Shown piece by piece: positions 1 through 13,689 of a stretch of DNA of 64,000 nt (positions are counted from its first letter, which is position 1; each line of letters begins with the position of its first letter). The DNA is taken from contig CM059425.1 of the NCBI GenBank assembly GCA_030390025.1, positions 177,942,001 through 178,006,000 of the forward strand, read 5' to 3'. Origin of the DNA: Squalus acanthias. Taxonomy: Eukaryota. The notes beneath the pieces are model-generated. The model made no database searches. It was not told the DNA's origin and saw nothing but the letters and a program-made list of their open reading frames with translations. A program made the position numbers and the translations under genes.

Positions 1-322
1 CCTTTAAATACTGCTGCTGGAGCCTCCTTCCTGCTTGTCAAAGTCTGCTCAGCTCGTCACTCTTAAGGCATGCCTGTAAGTTGAACAACAAACTCCAAAC
101 TTGCAGATCGGGCATCAAGTGAACGTTGCACACTCACTGATGTCACGATCTACATCATTTCCATGATTTTACCGATCACTGATATCGGCAGCGCTGCTGG
201 CCATCTGAAAATGGCGACCGCTGTGGGACCCGCCATAAGCTGGCAGAAGAGCGGCGGCCACCATTTTGTTTCACCTGAATCTGGCGGTAACGGGTGGCAC
301 TAAACCCCCGAATTTCTAGGCC
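1..322. mobile_element. Partial Harbinger-type non-autonomous element (one end)
   Basis: Ends in a TIR-like 'gaatttctaggcc'; 100-320 closely resembles 20190-20411, which ends in 'gaatttctaagcc'. Confidence 0.55.
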
Positions 323-2156
323 TGCATGTGCAATTGCTTTAGTATTGTCACCAGTGCTTTGAATTCCACTCTGCAAAGTAAATAGGGCAAAGTCAGAGCA
401 TTAGCAGTTTCCCCAAATTGTAAAACCATTTCCACTGACAGCAATTCCACAATACAAATATGACAGGAATCACACACTGAAGTTTTGCCAAGTTATTTGT
501 GCTTTTATTTTTTTTTAAATCAGTATTTGATGTTACGTGCATTACAGTGGTACTAAAACCAAGCTCTCCAAATATCAAAAACTTAAAAAGAGTTACCAAT
601 TATGCTTTTCTTACTTTTCTCCCTTGGTTTATCATGCACCATCCCTGGTCAAGTTGCCTTATCTAAAGTTTCTAATCTTCTTGATTTGCTAATGCATCGG
701 GCAGTGCTACTTTCTGGGTAAGACATGTCATTCTCATGGATTCTGTCTGCTTAGCAGCTTAAATGGATTGTAACTGTTACCACATAAGGTTATGAGCAAA
801 GCACAAGGACCATCTTGCAAAATAGCGTATTAATTCGCCCATTTATCAGAGGTGTTGAATGTTGAAATTTATGTAGTAGTCATCCTAGTTGGGAATTTGA
901 TATGGGGGCATTTAAAAGTCAGACAATGGCTCTGAAATGGCTAGAAAATGTGAACTATCCCCTCTACATTTCTGTGGCGATGAGTTCTTTGGGTTGTTAT
1001 GGCATATTGCATTGGAGGCTGTCAGTGAAATCGAAAGTAGCAGGCTGGATTTCACTCCTGTGAGGAATGAATGGGACAGTTAGATGGTAGAACATCATAA
1101 GGCTGAAATAAAACCTACTTATATTGTATCCATCCTAGTATATTGTATAGCCCTAGTACTCCACGCAACCCTCATGAAGAAACCCGACTCTAGGTTAATT
1201 TGACAGCAAGATAACACGCCTGCTAATGGTAAATGGAACCGAGTTGATCCCCTATGGCAGACTCAGTAATCCGAAACCTGAGCCAAGTAGGTCCAAGGTA
1301 TTGTTGATGACTGATCAGCTCTTCTTGGTCATTGATGGGACCTGGAGTACTAAACCTTTCACTGATAACTTTATCACTAATAGGAACATAGGAACATCAT
1401 AGGAACATAGGAACATGATGAGTTGGTTTGTCCTAGCTGGACAAGTAGCAGGAAGCTCACATGTGCTCCATGCTCATAGCTGCTCAGTTTTAGCTCATTA
1501 TACTCCAACCATCCCCTGTTCATATTTGGGAGTCTCTAATTCTGGGCTCTGGCCTAAGTAAGTGGAGTATGTCCCCAGAGATGCAGAAAGAGAGCGAGAT
1601 TGTATACTCCATTTCAGGCAAACTGAATCCTTATCTGGATTTCTCATTTGGAGAAATTTGGAGACTTGTTAGCATAAGATGGGTCTCTGTATGCCAAACA
1701 CTCGGTTGACCAAATATAAGTGATGAGTTTTTAGAGGTTTTGCAAGGGGAAGGAAAACTTCTGTGAAATCAACCTGGTTTGATTCACAACCACAGTACAG
1801 CCCATGGAAGAACCAAGAATACAATTGCAAATGTAACCTTGTAACAAATAGGTTCCCTGCAAGTAACTTAGGATATCACTAAATTACATGTTAGCCCCAG
1901 TCCTATAAATGTAAACTCGATAATATTTTCTCTTCCATCCCTTAAACCTGGTGCATGGACAGAGGGAGAACATAATGTGGGAGACATAACAGTTCAGCTC
2001 AGCAGTGAGCTGGGACCATTGACATGACAGCTTTGTTTGGAGGAAATGAAAAAACTCCAGGAATATTCCAACTAGGATTACTTCAGCCAAGACAAACTTA
2101 TTGTCTTTATTATTTCCTCTGCAAATGTTCATGTTTATCTATGAATTCCAACCCAT

Positions 2157-3530
2157 CTGGAGTCCTTCATTAAGGAAGCAGTAGCAGGGCATTTGGAAAA
2201 TCATAATGCAGTCAAGCAGAGTCAGCATGGTTTTATGAAAGGGAAATCATGTTTAACAAATTTGCTGGAGTTCTTTGAGGATGTAACCAGCAGGGTGGAT
2301 AAGGGTGAGCCAGTGGATGTTGTGTATTTGGATTTCCAGAAGGCATTCGATAAGGTGCCACATAAAAGGTTACTGCATAAGATAAGAGCTCACAGAATTG
2401 GGGGTAATATATTAGCATGGATAGAGAATTGGCTAACTAACAGAAAGCAGAGAGTCAGTCAGGATAAATGGGTCATTTTCCAGTTGGCAAACGGTAACTA
2501 GTGGGGTGCCACAGGGATCGGTGCTGGGGCCTCAACTATTTACAATCTACATTAATAACTTGGATGAAGGGACCGAGTGTAATGTAGCCAAGTTTGCGGA
2601 TGATACAAAGATGGGTGGGAAAGCAAGTTGTGCAGAGGACTCAAAGAATCTGCAAAGGGATATAGACAGGCTAAGTGAGTGGGCAAACATTTGGCAGATG
2701 GAGTATAATGTGGGAAAGTGCGAGGTTATCCACTTTGGCAGGAAAAATAAAAAGCAAATTATTATTTAAATGGAGAGAGATTACAAAATGTTACAGTTCA
2801 GAGGGACCTGGGGGTCCTTGTGCATGAAACACAAAAAGTTGGCATGCAGGTACAGCAAGTAATCAAAAAGGCAAATGGAATGTTGGCCTTTATTACAAGG
2901 GGGTTGGAGTATAAAAGCAGGGAAGTCCTGCTACAACTGTACAGGGTATTGGTGAGACCACACCTTGAGTACTGCGTACAGTTTTGGTCTCCTTATTTAA
3001 GGAGGGATATACTTGCATTGGAGGCAGTTCAGAGACGATTCACACGGTTGATTCCTGAGATGAGAGGGTTGACTTATGAAGAAAGGTTGAGCAGGTTGGG
3101 CCTATACTCATTGGAATTTAGAAGAATGAGAGGTGATCTTATTGAAACATATAAGATACTGAGGGGGCTCTACAAGGTAGATGCAGAGAGGATGTTTCCC
3201 CTCGTAGGGGAATCTAGAACTCGGGGGCATAGTTTTAGAATAAAGGGTCGCCCTTTTAGAACTGAGATGAGGAGGAATTTCTTCTCTCAAAGGGTCATAA
3301 ATCTGTGGAATTCTCTGCCCCAGAGAGCCGTGGAGGCTGGGTCATTAAATATATTTAAGGTGGAGGTAGACAGATTTTTGCAAGATAAGGGAGTGAAGGG
3401 TTATGGGGAGCGGGCAGGGAAGTGGCTTTGAGCCCAAGATCAGCCATGATCTTATTGAATGGCGGAGCAGGCTTGAGGGGCCAAATGGCCTATTCCTGCT
3501 CCTATTTCTTATGTCCTTATGTTCTTATGT
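2157..3530 (+). mobile_element. CR1 LINE, 5'-truncated and frameshifted RT region plus 3' tail
   Basis: ORF pieces with QHGFMKGKSCLTNLLEFFE, YLDFQKAFDKVPH, PQGSVLGP, KFADDTK, RPHLEYC; ends in (ttcttatg)n-type tail. Confidence 0.95.
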
Positions 3531-3839
3531 TATCTTGTTTCTGCACTAAAATAAGCAAGCCTGCATGGACTTTCTGATTCGACATGTTTTCAATAGGACC
3601 AAATTTTGGCTGCTACACTGGACTGGATATATCCCATTAAGGAGTGGTGGAGGTTACTTGCTATCAGTTGTGACAAGCAAGCAGTTATATGCTAAAATAA
3701 AAAATAAAACTGGAAAACTGCTCAAGTTAGAAATATGAAATAAAAATGGAACCCCCTGGAAATGCATAGCAGGTCAGTCAACATTTGTAAAGAGAAAAAT
3801 AATTGTCTTTTCCCTTTACGAAGAAAGACCTGAAAAAGT

Positions 3840-4250
3840 GGGTCTTTTTTCCTCAGAACAATGCAGATTATGGGCCAGTATAATAAAAATGTTTAAAATT
3901 ATGAAAGAATAGGAAAGGGTAAATAGAAGCAGACAATTTCCAGTAGTTGAGAAGTCAAGAACGACAGGCCATAGATAGAAGATTAAACATAAAAGATTTA
4001 GAACAGAGGGCAGGAGAAACTTCTTCACACGAAGAGTTGTGAGGCTGTGGAATTCACTTCAGGGTTAGTGGTTGAGGCAGAAACTATATAAACACTCACC
4101 ATTAGATTGGAGAGGTGGATGAAGGAAAAGAGGTTGAATAGGTTTTGGAACAGGGTGGATAAATGTGATTATAACTATTTGCTCATATGAAGAGTAAACA
4201 GCATCACTTATTGGTTGGACCAAATGGCTTGTTTCTGTGTTGTAACTTCT
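3840..4250 (+). mobile_element. Old CR1-like LINE 3' fragment
   Basis: Degenerate match to CR1 C-terminus ('ggagaaacttcttcacacgaagagttgtgaggctgtggaattcact') and tail 'ggaccaaatggcttgtttctgtgttgtaa'. Confidence 0.65.
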
Positions 4251-4348
4251 ACATATTTCTATCTAGAGGCCGACTGACTTGCTGTGTATTTTCAACATTT
4301 TCTGTTTTTATTCCAGTGCTTCATACCAGGCACCACCGAGTCCTGCCA

Positions 4349-4506
4349 GGGCTGGGAATTTCCTCAGAACTACTCTCGCTCTGCCACCGTAATGTCACTA
4401 GAAATGCAGTGGAAAACCTATTTATACGACTGACTGGGGTTTCTGCTGCACCTCTGGCAAAGTTACAGCGATGGAGCAGGAGCAGCTCTGAGGAAATTCC
4501 CAGCAC
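4349..4506. mobile_element. Short MITE with ~27-bp TIRs (Harbinger-like ends)
   Basis: Left 'gggctgggaatttcctcagaactactc' vs reverse complement of right end 'gtgctgggaatttcctcagagctgctc'. Confidence 0.7.
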
Positions 4507-5555
4507 TGATAGACACTCAATTTGTTGGCAAGAAAGATTATTGAACTACTTGGACCTGAATCATGTTTTCATCAGAATTTGTATATTCTGCTGATTTAGA
4601 AAATAAAACAAAATCCAGTTGGTAATATTTGTACCTTGCCTAATTAAGGCACCCTTGCTGTGACTGAATTGAAATTAATCTAATTGACCATGCAAAATGA
4701 TATGTTTGAGAGATGGTTGACATTTGTTGAGTTTGACAGTGTTCACTGGGCACAGAAATGAGACACATATTTTATATTTGGAATATAGTTATACATTCAG
4801 GTTTCATACCTTTAAAAAGGGAGGAAATTGGAAGCAATTTGCTAGACTGGAATTCTGTGTAGTTTTTAAATCAGAATTGTGCTTGGATCAGGTATAATTT
4901 TATCTGAAGATATCTATATCTAATCCAGCTGCATTGATTTTGAATGATTTGTTGCTGAGTGCAGAGAACGCATAAAGTAATACAACTCAGGTGCTTCAGT
5001 AATTGTAGATCTTAGGACTCACCTTTTAAGATACTATCCAGGTTGTTGGGAGGTCTCAATATTTTCTTTCAGTGTTGCTGAGTGTGAGTGTCTATCGGCG
5101 AGAAATGACTGTTGGTAAAATTAGTGAAAGAAGCTGAACAGTTCTTTGTCTGCTGTGTTAAGTAAGTCATTAACCCATTTAAAATAAAGAAGTCAGTCCC
5201 TCTGTTCAAGCCGAGGAATGTTAAAAGAAACTGTTGAGCGTTTGCCCACTATTGTCAACAGTAATTTCTAGCTTTATATTTTAAGTTACTTTGTCTCCTT
5301 CTCCTTTCTTTGGTTTTGCTGCATCACTAGGTATTACTGGCTCAGAGGCAACATAAAAATATGTACCTGGGCACCGCAATGACTTTGCAAGTTTATCCAG
5401 TGAGTAGCTGAGCTAAATTTACCGTCTGTGCTAAATTAGCTAATCTAAAAATTGGCATCACCACTTCTGAGTTAGGGATAGGAAAAGTTAGAGAGTATTC
5501 CCCCTCTGCTTGCATCCCATTGATCTCCGATGCAAGTGTGAGTTTTTGGATGTCA

Positions 5556-5996
5556 GGGGACAACACGGTGGCATAGTGGTTAGCACTGGTGCCTCACAGC
5601 GCCAAGGACCCGGGTTCGAATCTGAGCCTCGGGTGACTGTCTGTGTGGAGTTTGCACATTCTCCCCGTGTCTGCGTGGGTTTCCTCCGGGTGCTCCGGTT
5701 TCCTCCCACAGTCCAAAAATGTGTGGGTTAGGTTGATTTGGCTATGATAAATTGACCCTTAGTGTTAGGGGGGGATTAAATATGTGGGGTTATGGGGATA
5801 GGATGGGATATGTTAGGGGGAATTAAATACGTGGGGTTACGGGGGTAGGGTGGGATATGTGTACTGTGGGGATTAAAGCAGGGACAGGGTACTGGATTTG
5901 GATGATCAGCCATGATCGTATTGAATGGTGGAGCAGGCTCGACGGGCCGAATGGCCTACTCCTGCTCCTAGATTCTATGTTTCTATGTTTCTATGT
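5556..5996 (+). mobile_element. tRNA-derived V-SINE, HE1-like, with CR1-derived tail
   Basis: Pol III A/B boxes (tggcatagtgg; ggttcgaatc), V-domain 'gtgtggagtttgcacattctccccgtgtctgcgtgggtttcctccgggtgctccggtttcctcccac', 3' end matching the CR1 tail at 36030-36143. Confidence 0.9.
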
Positions 5997-6619
5997 AACA
6001 GGACCAGGCCCCTCCATGGTCAAATAGTCTTCCAACACACTGTCAAGCTTTATACATGAACAATCGCTCCATGCACAAGGTAAGGGAGTGTGGCCACTGT
6101 TTGTGGAACTGTATGTCAACAACGAAAATGCCGACAGAGAAGAGAAGAAGATTGGAAAGGAAATGAGAAAAATAAAAAATAAAAACATGTCTCTTTACCC
6201 TTAATTGTAACTAATTTTAACCCCATCATATATGGTGACCAGATGGTGCAGTAGATTAAATACAAGGGGATATTTTAATACTCTGCATAGCTGGCTGAGA
6301 GCCTTACCCATTGGCAGTGCGTACTGGAAATTTGGGCATGTACTGTCTACAGTGCAGAAGGGTAAATTTATCTTGACTGTCCTTTCACCTCTCAGACCCA
6401 AATTTGAGCCCAGCCCAGACCGTTGAGAGTCTCCTCACTCTGCTGACTGTATAGCTTCTATGTGAAATCAGATTGGGCAATCTGAAAGTAGTTCATGGTG
6501 TCATGGCTACAACACAAAACAGGCACTAAATTGGCAATCTAATTCAGAAAGGCTGCAAGGATGGCTAATGCGGAAAGTGCCTTTCTGAGCTTGGAGTGAA
6601 GACGCACTGTTCAAGTAAT

Positions 6620-7397
6620 GGCCTGGAATTTGCGGTTGGGATGACGACGAACTGGCAGCGTTCGCTGTCATTCCGCCTTTGAAACTGACTGCAACTTCGG
6701 GATTTGGTGCAGGCGCAGGCACATGCGGAAATCCCGAAGTTGCAGCCTGACATTGACAGCTCTGAAATTGGCTGCGCTGTGCCCCCCCCCCCCCGCCCTC
6801 CACAAAGAGCCGGCAATCAGTGAAACCTCGTAAATCATTGAAACTGAGTAAAACTTCAGCTCCTCTGCAGTAATTACATTGTTAAAATCCCCACTAAAAT
6901 TTAGACCCAAAGGGATCAGGTGTAACTGGGGTTTTGACAGCGCATTGACTGCAACACAAAGGTTATGGCCCTGAAAAACTAATGTTAATTTTGTGCAGTG
7001 TGAAATTTGTCCACTTTAATAAAAAATTTAATTTTTAAGAAACTTTTCAAAAAAAATTTTTTTTTTTTAAAGTCTGTCCATCTTCATTTCAGGTTTACCT
7101 TTTCCCCATGTGAGAACCCCAATCTTTCTTTTGCTCTCCCTCACTATTTTTAAAAGTTAGAATTTTAATAACTTACTCACCTCCTTTAACTCTGTGAGAA
7201 TTCTGCCTTTCGATTGGCTGCTTAGACAGCCTGCTGACGTCACAGCAGCTCGAACAAGGGAATCCCCACTACAGTCCATTGAATTGAATTGAAGGTCGGA
7301 AAACCTGAACTTTTCGATCGCGAGATTCTTGTGTGGAGTCTACTTCGGGGCCAGCAGTGAACGTCTTCGCTTTGCTGCTGACAGCAAATTCTGGGCC
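6620..7397. mobile_element. Harbinger-type MITE
   Basis: Ends 'ggcctggaatttgc' and 'gcaaattctgggcc' form imperfect TIRs; no real coding capacity. Confidence 0.65.
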
Positions 7398-7409
7398 ATT
7401 TAAAAAATA

Positions 7410-10170
7410 AATTATTATTCGTTTATGTGGATGGTGCTGGCAAAGCCAGCATTTATTGCCCATCCCTAGTTGCCCTTGAGAAGGTGGTGGTGAGCCGCCT
7501 TCTTGAACCGCTGCAGTCTGTGTGGTGAAGGTACTCCCACAGTGCTGTTAGGTAGGGAGTTCCAGGATTTTGACCCAGCGACGATGAAGGATCGGCGATA
7601 TACTTCTAAGTCAGGATGGTGTGTGACTTGGAGGGGAACTTGGAGGTGGTGGTGTTCCCATGCACCTGCTGCCCTTGTCCTTCGAGGTGGAAGAGGTCGT
7701 GGGTTTGGGAGGTGCTGCCGAAGAAGCCTTGGCGAGTTGCTGCAGTGCATCTTGTAGATGGTACACACTGCAGCCACGGTACGCCGGTGGTGGAGGGAGT
7801 GAATGTTTAAGGTGGTAGATGGGGTGCCAATCAAGCGGGCTGCTTTGTCCTGGATGGTGTCGAGCTTCTTAAGTGTTGTTGGAGCTGCACTCATCCAGGC
7901 AAGTGGAGAGTATTCCATCACACTCCTTACTTGTGCCTTGTAGATGGTGGAAAGGCTTTGGGGAGTCAGGAGGTGAGACACTCGCCGCAGAATACCCAGC
8001 CTCTGACCTGCTCTTGTTGCCACAGTATTTATGTGGCTGGTCCAGTTACGTTTCTGGTCAATGCTGACCTCCAGGATGTTGATGGTGGGGGATTCAGCGA
8101 TGGTGATGCCATTGAATGTCAAGGGGAGGTGGTTAGACTCTCGCTTGTTGAAGATAGTCATTGCATGCCACTTCTGTGGTGCAAATGTTAACTGTCACTT
8201 ATCAGCCCAAGCCTCAACGTCGTCCAGGTCTTGTTGCATGCGGGCATGTACTGCTTCATTATCTGAGGAGTTGTGAATGATGCTGTACACTGTGCAGTCA
8301 TCAGCAAACATCCCCATTTTTGACCTTATGTTAGAGGGAATGTCATTAATGAAGCAGCTGAAGATGGTTGGGCCTAGAACACTGCGCTGAGGAACTCCTG
8401 CAGCGATGTCCTGGGGCTGTGATGATTGACCTTCAACCACCACAACCATCTTCCTTTGTGCTAGGTATGACTCAAGCTAGTGGAGAGTTTTCCCCCGATT
8501 CCCACTGACTTCAGTTTTACTAGGGCTCCTTGATGCCACACTCAGTAATATGCTGCCTTGATGTCAAGGGCAGTCACTCTCACCTCACCTCTGGAATTCA
8601 GCTCCTTTATCCATGTTTGGACCAAGGCTGTAATGAGGTCGGGAGCTGAGTGGTTTTGGCGGAACCCAAACTTGGCATCAGTGAGTAAGTGTCGCTTGAT
8701 AGCACTGTCAATGACACCTTCCATCACTTTGCTGATGATTGAGAGTTGACTGATGGGGCGGTAATTGGCCGGATTGGATTTGTCCTGCTTTATGTGGACA
8801 TAGAAGCATAGAAGCATAGAAGATAGGAGCAGGCATAGGCCATTTGGCACCTCGAGACTGCTCCGCCATTTAATGAGATCATGCCTGATCATCCAAATTC
8901 AGTACCCTGTCCCTGCTTTCTCCCCATATCCCTTGATTCCTTTAGCCTTAAGAAATATATCTATCTCCTTCTTGAATATATTTAATGAATTGGCCTCAAC
9001 TGCCTTCTGTGGTAGAGAATTCCACAGGTTCACCACTCTCTGGGTGAAGAAATTCCTCCTCATCTCAGTCCTAAATGGTTTACCCCTTATCCTTAGACTG
9101 TGACCTCTGGTTCTGGACTCCCCCGCCATCGGGAACATCCTTCCTGCATCTAGTCTGTCTAGTCCTGTTAGAATTTTATAAGTTTCAATGAGATCCCCTC
9201 TCATTCTTCGAAACTCTAGCGAATATAAGCCTAATCGACCCAATCTCTCTTCATACGTCATCCCTGCCATCCCAGGTATCAGTCTGGTAAATCTTCGCTG
9301 CACTCCCTCCATGGCAAGAACATCCTTCCTCTGATAAGGCGACCAAAACTGCACACAATACTCAAGGTGTGGTCTCATCAAGGCCTTGTACAACTGCAGC
9401 AAGACATCCTTGCTCCTGTACTCGAATCCTCTCGCTATGAAGGCCAACATACCATTTGCCTTCTTAACCGCCTGCTGCACCTGCATGCTTACCTTCAGCG
9501 ACTGGTGTCAAGGACTCCCAGATCTCGTTGCACTTCCCCTTTTCCCAATCTATTGCCGTTCAGATAATAATCTGTCTTCCTGTTTTTGCCACCAAAGTGG
9601 ATAACCTCGCATTTATCCACATTATACTGCATCTGCCATGCATCTGCCCAATCACCCAACCTGTCCAAATCATACTGGAGTTTCTCTGCATCCTCCTCAC
9701 AGCACACATGCCCACCCAGCTTTGTGTCATCTGCAAACTTGGAGATATTACATCTAGTTCCCTCGTCTAGATCATTGATATATATTGTGAATAGCTGGGG
9801 TCCTAGCACCGATCCCTGCGGTACCACACTAGTCACTGCCTGCCACTCGGAAAAAGACCCGTTTATTCCAACTCTTTGCTTCCTGTCTGCCAACCAGTTC
9901 TCTATCCAAATCAGTACCTCACCCCCAATCCCATGTGCTTTACCAGGACATACCTGGGCAGTTTTCTACATTCTCGGATAGATGCCAGTGTTGTAGCTGT
10001 ACTGGAACAGCTTGGCTAGAGGCGCGGCTAGTTCTGGAGCACAAATCTTCAGCACGATAGCCGGGATGTTGTCGGGGCCCATAGCCTTTGCTGTATCCAG
10101 TGCGCTCAGCCATTGCTTGATATCACATGGAGTGAATCGAATTGGCTGAAGACTGGCTTCTGTGATGTTG
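7410..10170 (-). mobile_element. Second LINE family (CR1/L2/jockey-group RT), interrupted by a CR1
   Basis: ORF pieces KAMGPDNIP, NPANYRPIS, ALDIKAA, VPQRSVLGP, MFADDCT, SVMEYSPLAW; same family as 12245-13480 and 37661-38399. Confidence 0.9.
8797..9941 (-). mobile_element. CR1 LINE 3' fragment nested in the other LINE
   Basis: ORFs 9495-9893 and 8899-9486 (PQGSVLGP, FADDTK, RPHLEYC); (catagaag)n tail; host LINE resumes at 'ggacatacctggg'. Confidence 0.95.
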
Positions 10171-11150
10171 GGGTGGGGACCCATGAATTGCAAATCGCCT
10201 CAAGTTGCTGGCAGATTTGCGCCGCTCCGCCATTAGCCTTGCAAAAATGGCATCTCGCCTTTAACCTCCCCGTGATTTTCGTAAAGTTGCTGCATTTGCA
10301 CATTAATTGTCCATTAAACTCACCATAGAATGTTAAGTCTAGCAATTAACAGCGTAAGTACCATTTTAATGACATAAAAATTGTTAATGACTACCAATCA
10401 AACTCTCTTGCCCAGAAAGTGAACAAATATAAGTGTGGAGTCTCATTCCTTCAGGTAGTGAATTGTAGGAGATTTAAAAAATGTCAAATTGAAATATTTT
10501 CTTACTTTTCCTTTCTGTCTCTTTTTTTCTTTGTACCTGATTTGACACTGAATTCACCCACTCTAATTCACCTTCCTTCTCAGTCCTTCCTCTGTTTATT
10601 TCTCAATACTTTAATCTCATTGGTTGAGGAGGTAGACGGCTCAAAATTTGATTTTGTAGCGCCCGTTGTTTGTGCGCTACAGGTGCCATTTTGGTTTAAA
10701 ATGGTGTCCGAACAGCACGTGCACACTTCTGGTCTGGGCCACGCTGGATGCCATTTTGGTGAAGGCGTTAGTGTCAGTGCTGGGAGTATGTGCCAGAAGT
10801 ATGCAGAGTACGCAGATTGTGACGTCAATCAGAGTGTAATGCTGATTTGACACCAGCGCTGCCATTTTCGACCTCAACGCTGGAGCTAATGCCCTCTCTT
10901 AACCTCGCACAGTTGAACAGGCCTTCAACAGCAGGAAGGACCCCCCACCAGCACTATTTAAAGGGATCATCACCTACTTACAGGTTAGTTGCTGATTGAT
11001 TTCTACTAGCTGTTGCTGAGTTTGTACTAGTGTTTGGTGCTTTCTTGACTTCTTTAAAGTTGCCTAAAGTCTACAAGGAGTGGTGTGGCATATGCTCAAG
11101 GACTTGGCCCTGATTTGCAAAGGGGTCGCTCAGACCAGTTGCTCCCAGAC

Positions 11151-12244
11151 ATGGGTGCAGTAATTTATATCCCCCTTGGCCTGCAGCATGACAGGGAGAA
11201 TGAGCAGAGGTGACACAGAGCAGGACAAGCTGCTAGAAGAGGTAAGAGGAGGAGGGGCAGAAGGGCTCTCAGCAGGAGGCCATGTCCACCCAGGGTATAC
11301 AGAGAGCGATACTCCTACCTCAACCTGTGTGTGACGTCTCCGTTTTACTAAAGAGGTGCTCACTGAAATCTCCCACCTGCTGCAGGCAGACCTGCAGCCT
11401 CAGTCCAGGGCGAGGACGGCCTTGTCAGTGGTTGTAAAGGTGACCGTGGCCTTGAACTTTTTTGCGTTGGGATCCTTCCAGGCTGGAGTGGGCGACATCT
11501 GTAACATCTCCCAGTTCGCTGTCCACTCCTGCATAAGGGAGGTGAGTGAGGCTCTGTATGCAAAGAGCGCTGAATACATTTCATTCTCTCTTGCCAGAGA
11601 GAAGCAGGCGCAGCGAGCATGCAGCTTCGCCAGAATAGCTGTCTTCCCCATGGTGCAGGGTGCATTGACTGCACACACGTCGCTTTGCGGGCACCGCATG
11701 TCAACTCGGAGATGTACCGCAACCAGAAGGGATTCCACTCCCTCAATGTCCAGCTGGTGTGCGATCATACTCAGTGTATCATATAGGTCAATGCTAAGCA
11801 GTCATTATGCCTTCATTCTGCGGCAGTCTGCTGTACCATCAGCATTTGAGCCACCACGACAAACCAGAGGGTGGTTACTGGGCAACAAGGGCTATCCATT
11901 GACCACCTGGCTCATGACTCTGCTGTTCTAGCCAACCACACATGGGCAGCATGAATACAATGAGAGCCATGCTGCCACATGGAATCTGATAGAGCAGACC
12001 ATTGGCGTCCTTAAACAATGCTTCCGCTGCCTGGACTGTTCTGGAGGAGCCCTGCAGTACTCGCCAGAGTGTGTCTCAAGATTTGTCGTTTGCTGGACAC
12101 TCCACAACCTTACCGTCATGAGGTCACAGCCCTTGCCACCAGGTATACAGTGACCAGCTGAGGAGGAGGAGTTCGAAGAGGAGGAGGAGGAAACCCAGAC
12201 AACCCCTTTCTGCCTGTGCTGTCCGTGATCGACTAATCCAACTG
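11151..12244 (+). pseudogene. Harbinger DDE transposase, frameshifted
   Basis: KVTVALNFFALGSFQ, FPMVQGA, GWLLGNKGYPLTTWLMT; homologous to 47773-50617; multiple frameshifts and stops. Confidence 0.88.
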
Positions 12245-13480
12245 ACCCAGTTTGGGTCCCACCCTCATTACAGCCTTGGTCCAAACATGGACAAAGGAGC
12301 TGAATGTGACTGCCCTTGACATCAAGGCAGCATTTAATGGAGTGTGGCATCAAGGAGCCCGAGTAAAACTGAAGTCAATGGGAATCAGGGGAAAATGCTC
12401 CACTGGCTGGAGTCATACCTAGCACAAAGGAAGATGGTTGTGGTGATTGAAGGTCAATCATCACAGCCCCAGGACATCGCTGCAGGAGTTCCTCAGGGCA
12501 GTGTCCTAGGCCCAACCATCTTCAGCTGCTTCATCAATGACCTTCCCTCCAACATAAGGTCAGAAATGGGGAAGTTCGCTGATGACTGCACAGTGTTCAG
12601 CGCCATTCACAACTCCTCAGATAATGAAGCAGTCCATGCCCGCATGTAACAAGACCTGGACAACGTTCAGGCTTTTGCTGATAAGTGGCAGGTAACATTC
12701 GCGCCACAGAAGTGCCAGGCAATGACTATCTCCAACAAGCGAGAGTCTAACCACCTCCCCTTGACATTCAATGGCATTACCATCGCCGAATCCCCCACCA
12801 TCAACATCCTGGGGATCAGCATTGACCAGAAACTTAACTGGACCAGCCATATAAATACTGTGGTAACAAGAGCAGGTCAGAGGCTAGGTATTCTGCAGCG
12901 AGTGTCTCACCTCCTGACTCCCCAAAGCCTTTCCATCATCTACAAGGCACAAGTAAGGAGTGTGATGGAATACTCTCCACTTGCCCGGATGAGGGCAGCT
13001 CCAACAACACTCAAGAAGCTCGACACCATCCAGGACAAAGCAGCCCGTTTGATTGGCACCCCATCCACCACCTTAAACATTCACTCCCTCCACCACCGAC
13101 ATACCGTGGCTGCAGTGTGTATCATCTACAAGATGCACTGCAGCAACTCGCCAAGGTTTCTTCAGCAGCACCTCTCAAACCCGCGACCCCGTCCACTTAG
13201 AAGGACAAGGCCAGCAGGCGCATGGGAACACCACCACCTCCAAGTTCCCCTCCAAGTCACACACCATTCTGACTTAGAAGTATATCGCCGATCCTTCATC
13301 GTCGCTGGGTCAAAATCCTGGAACTCCCTACCTAACAGCACTGTGGGAGTAGCTTCACCACATGGACTGCAGAAGTTCAAGAAGGCGGCTCACCAGCACC
13401 TTCTCAAGGGCAATTAGGGATGGGCAATAAATGCTGGCCTTGCCAGCAACACCCAGATCCCATAAGTGAATTTAAAAAAA
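12245..13480 (+). mobile_element. Second LINE family, 5'-truncated, inserted in the transposase 3' end
   Basis: ORFs 12344-12649 (VPQGSVLGP, FADDCT) and 12722-13417; A-rich end; 'aactg' duplicated at both junctions. Confidence 0.9.
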
Positions 13481-13689
13481 ACTGTAGTACCAGTGAACGC
13501 AACTCCAATTCCACATTCACCAATAGGCCCACACCTTACCTTCCCTCTGTTACTGACCATCACATCATCCTCTTGGCCACAATGCTAAAATAAAAGCCAC
13601 CACAAAACAAACATTCCAAGCCAATTTTATGACTTAAACCATTATAATATTTCTTTCAAAAGTCAACTAATCACCCTAGTGCATTGCCT

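Noticed and set aside
1170..1420. Short open frames next to a (taggaaca)n tract
   Set aside because: No recognisable motif; the tract resembles a LINE tail remnant.
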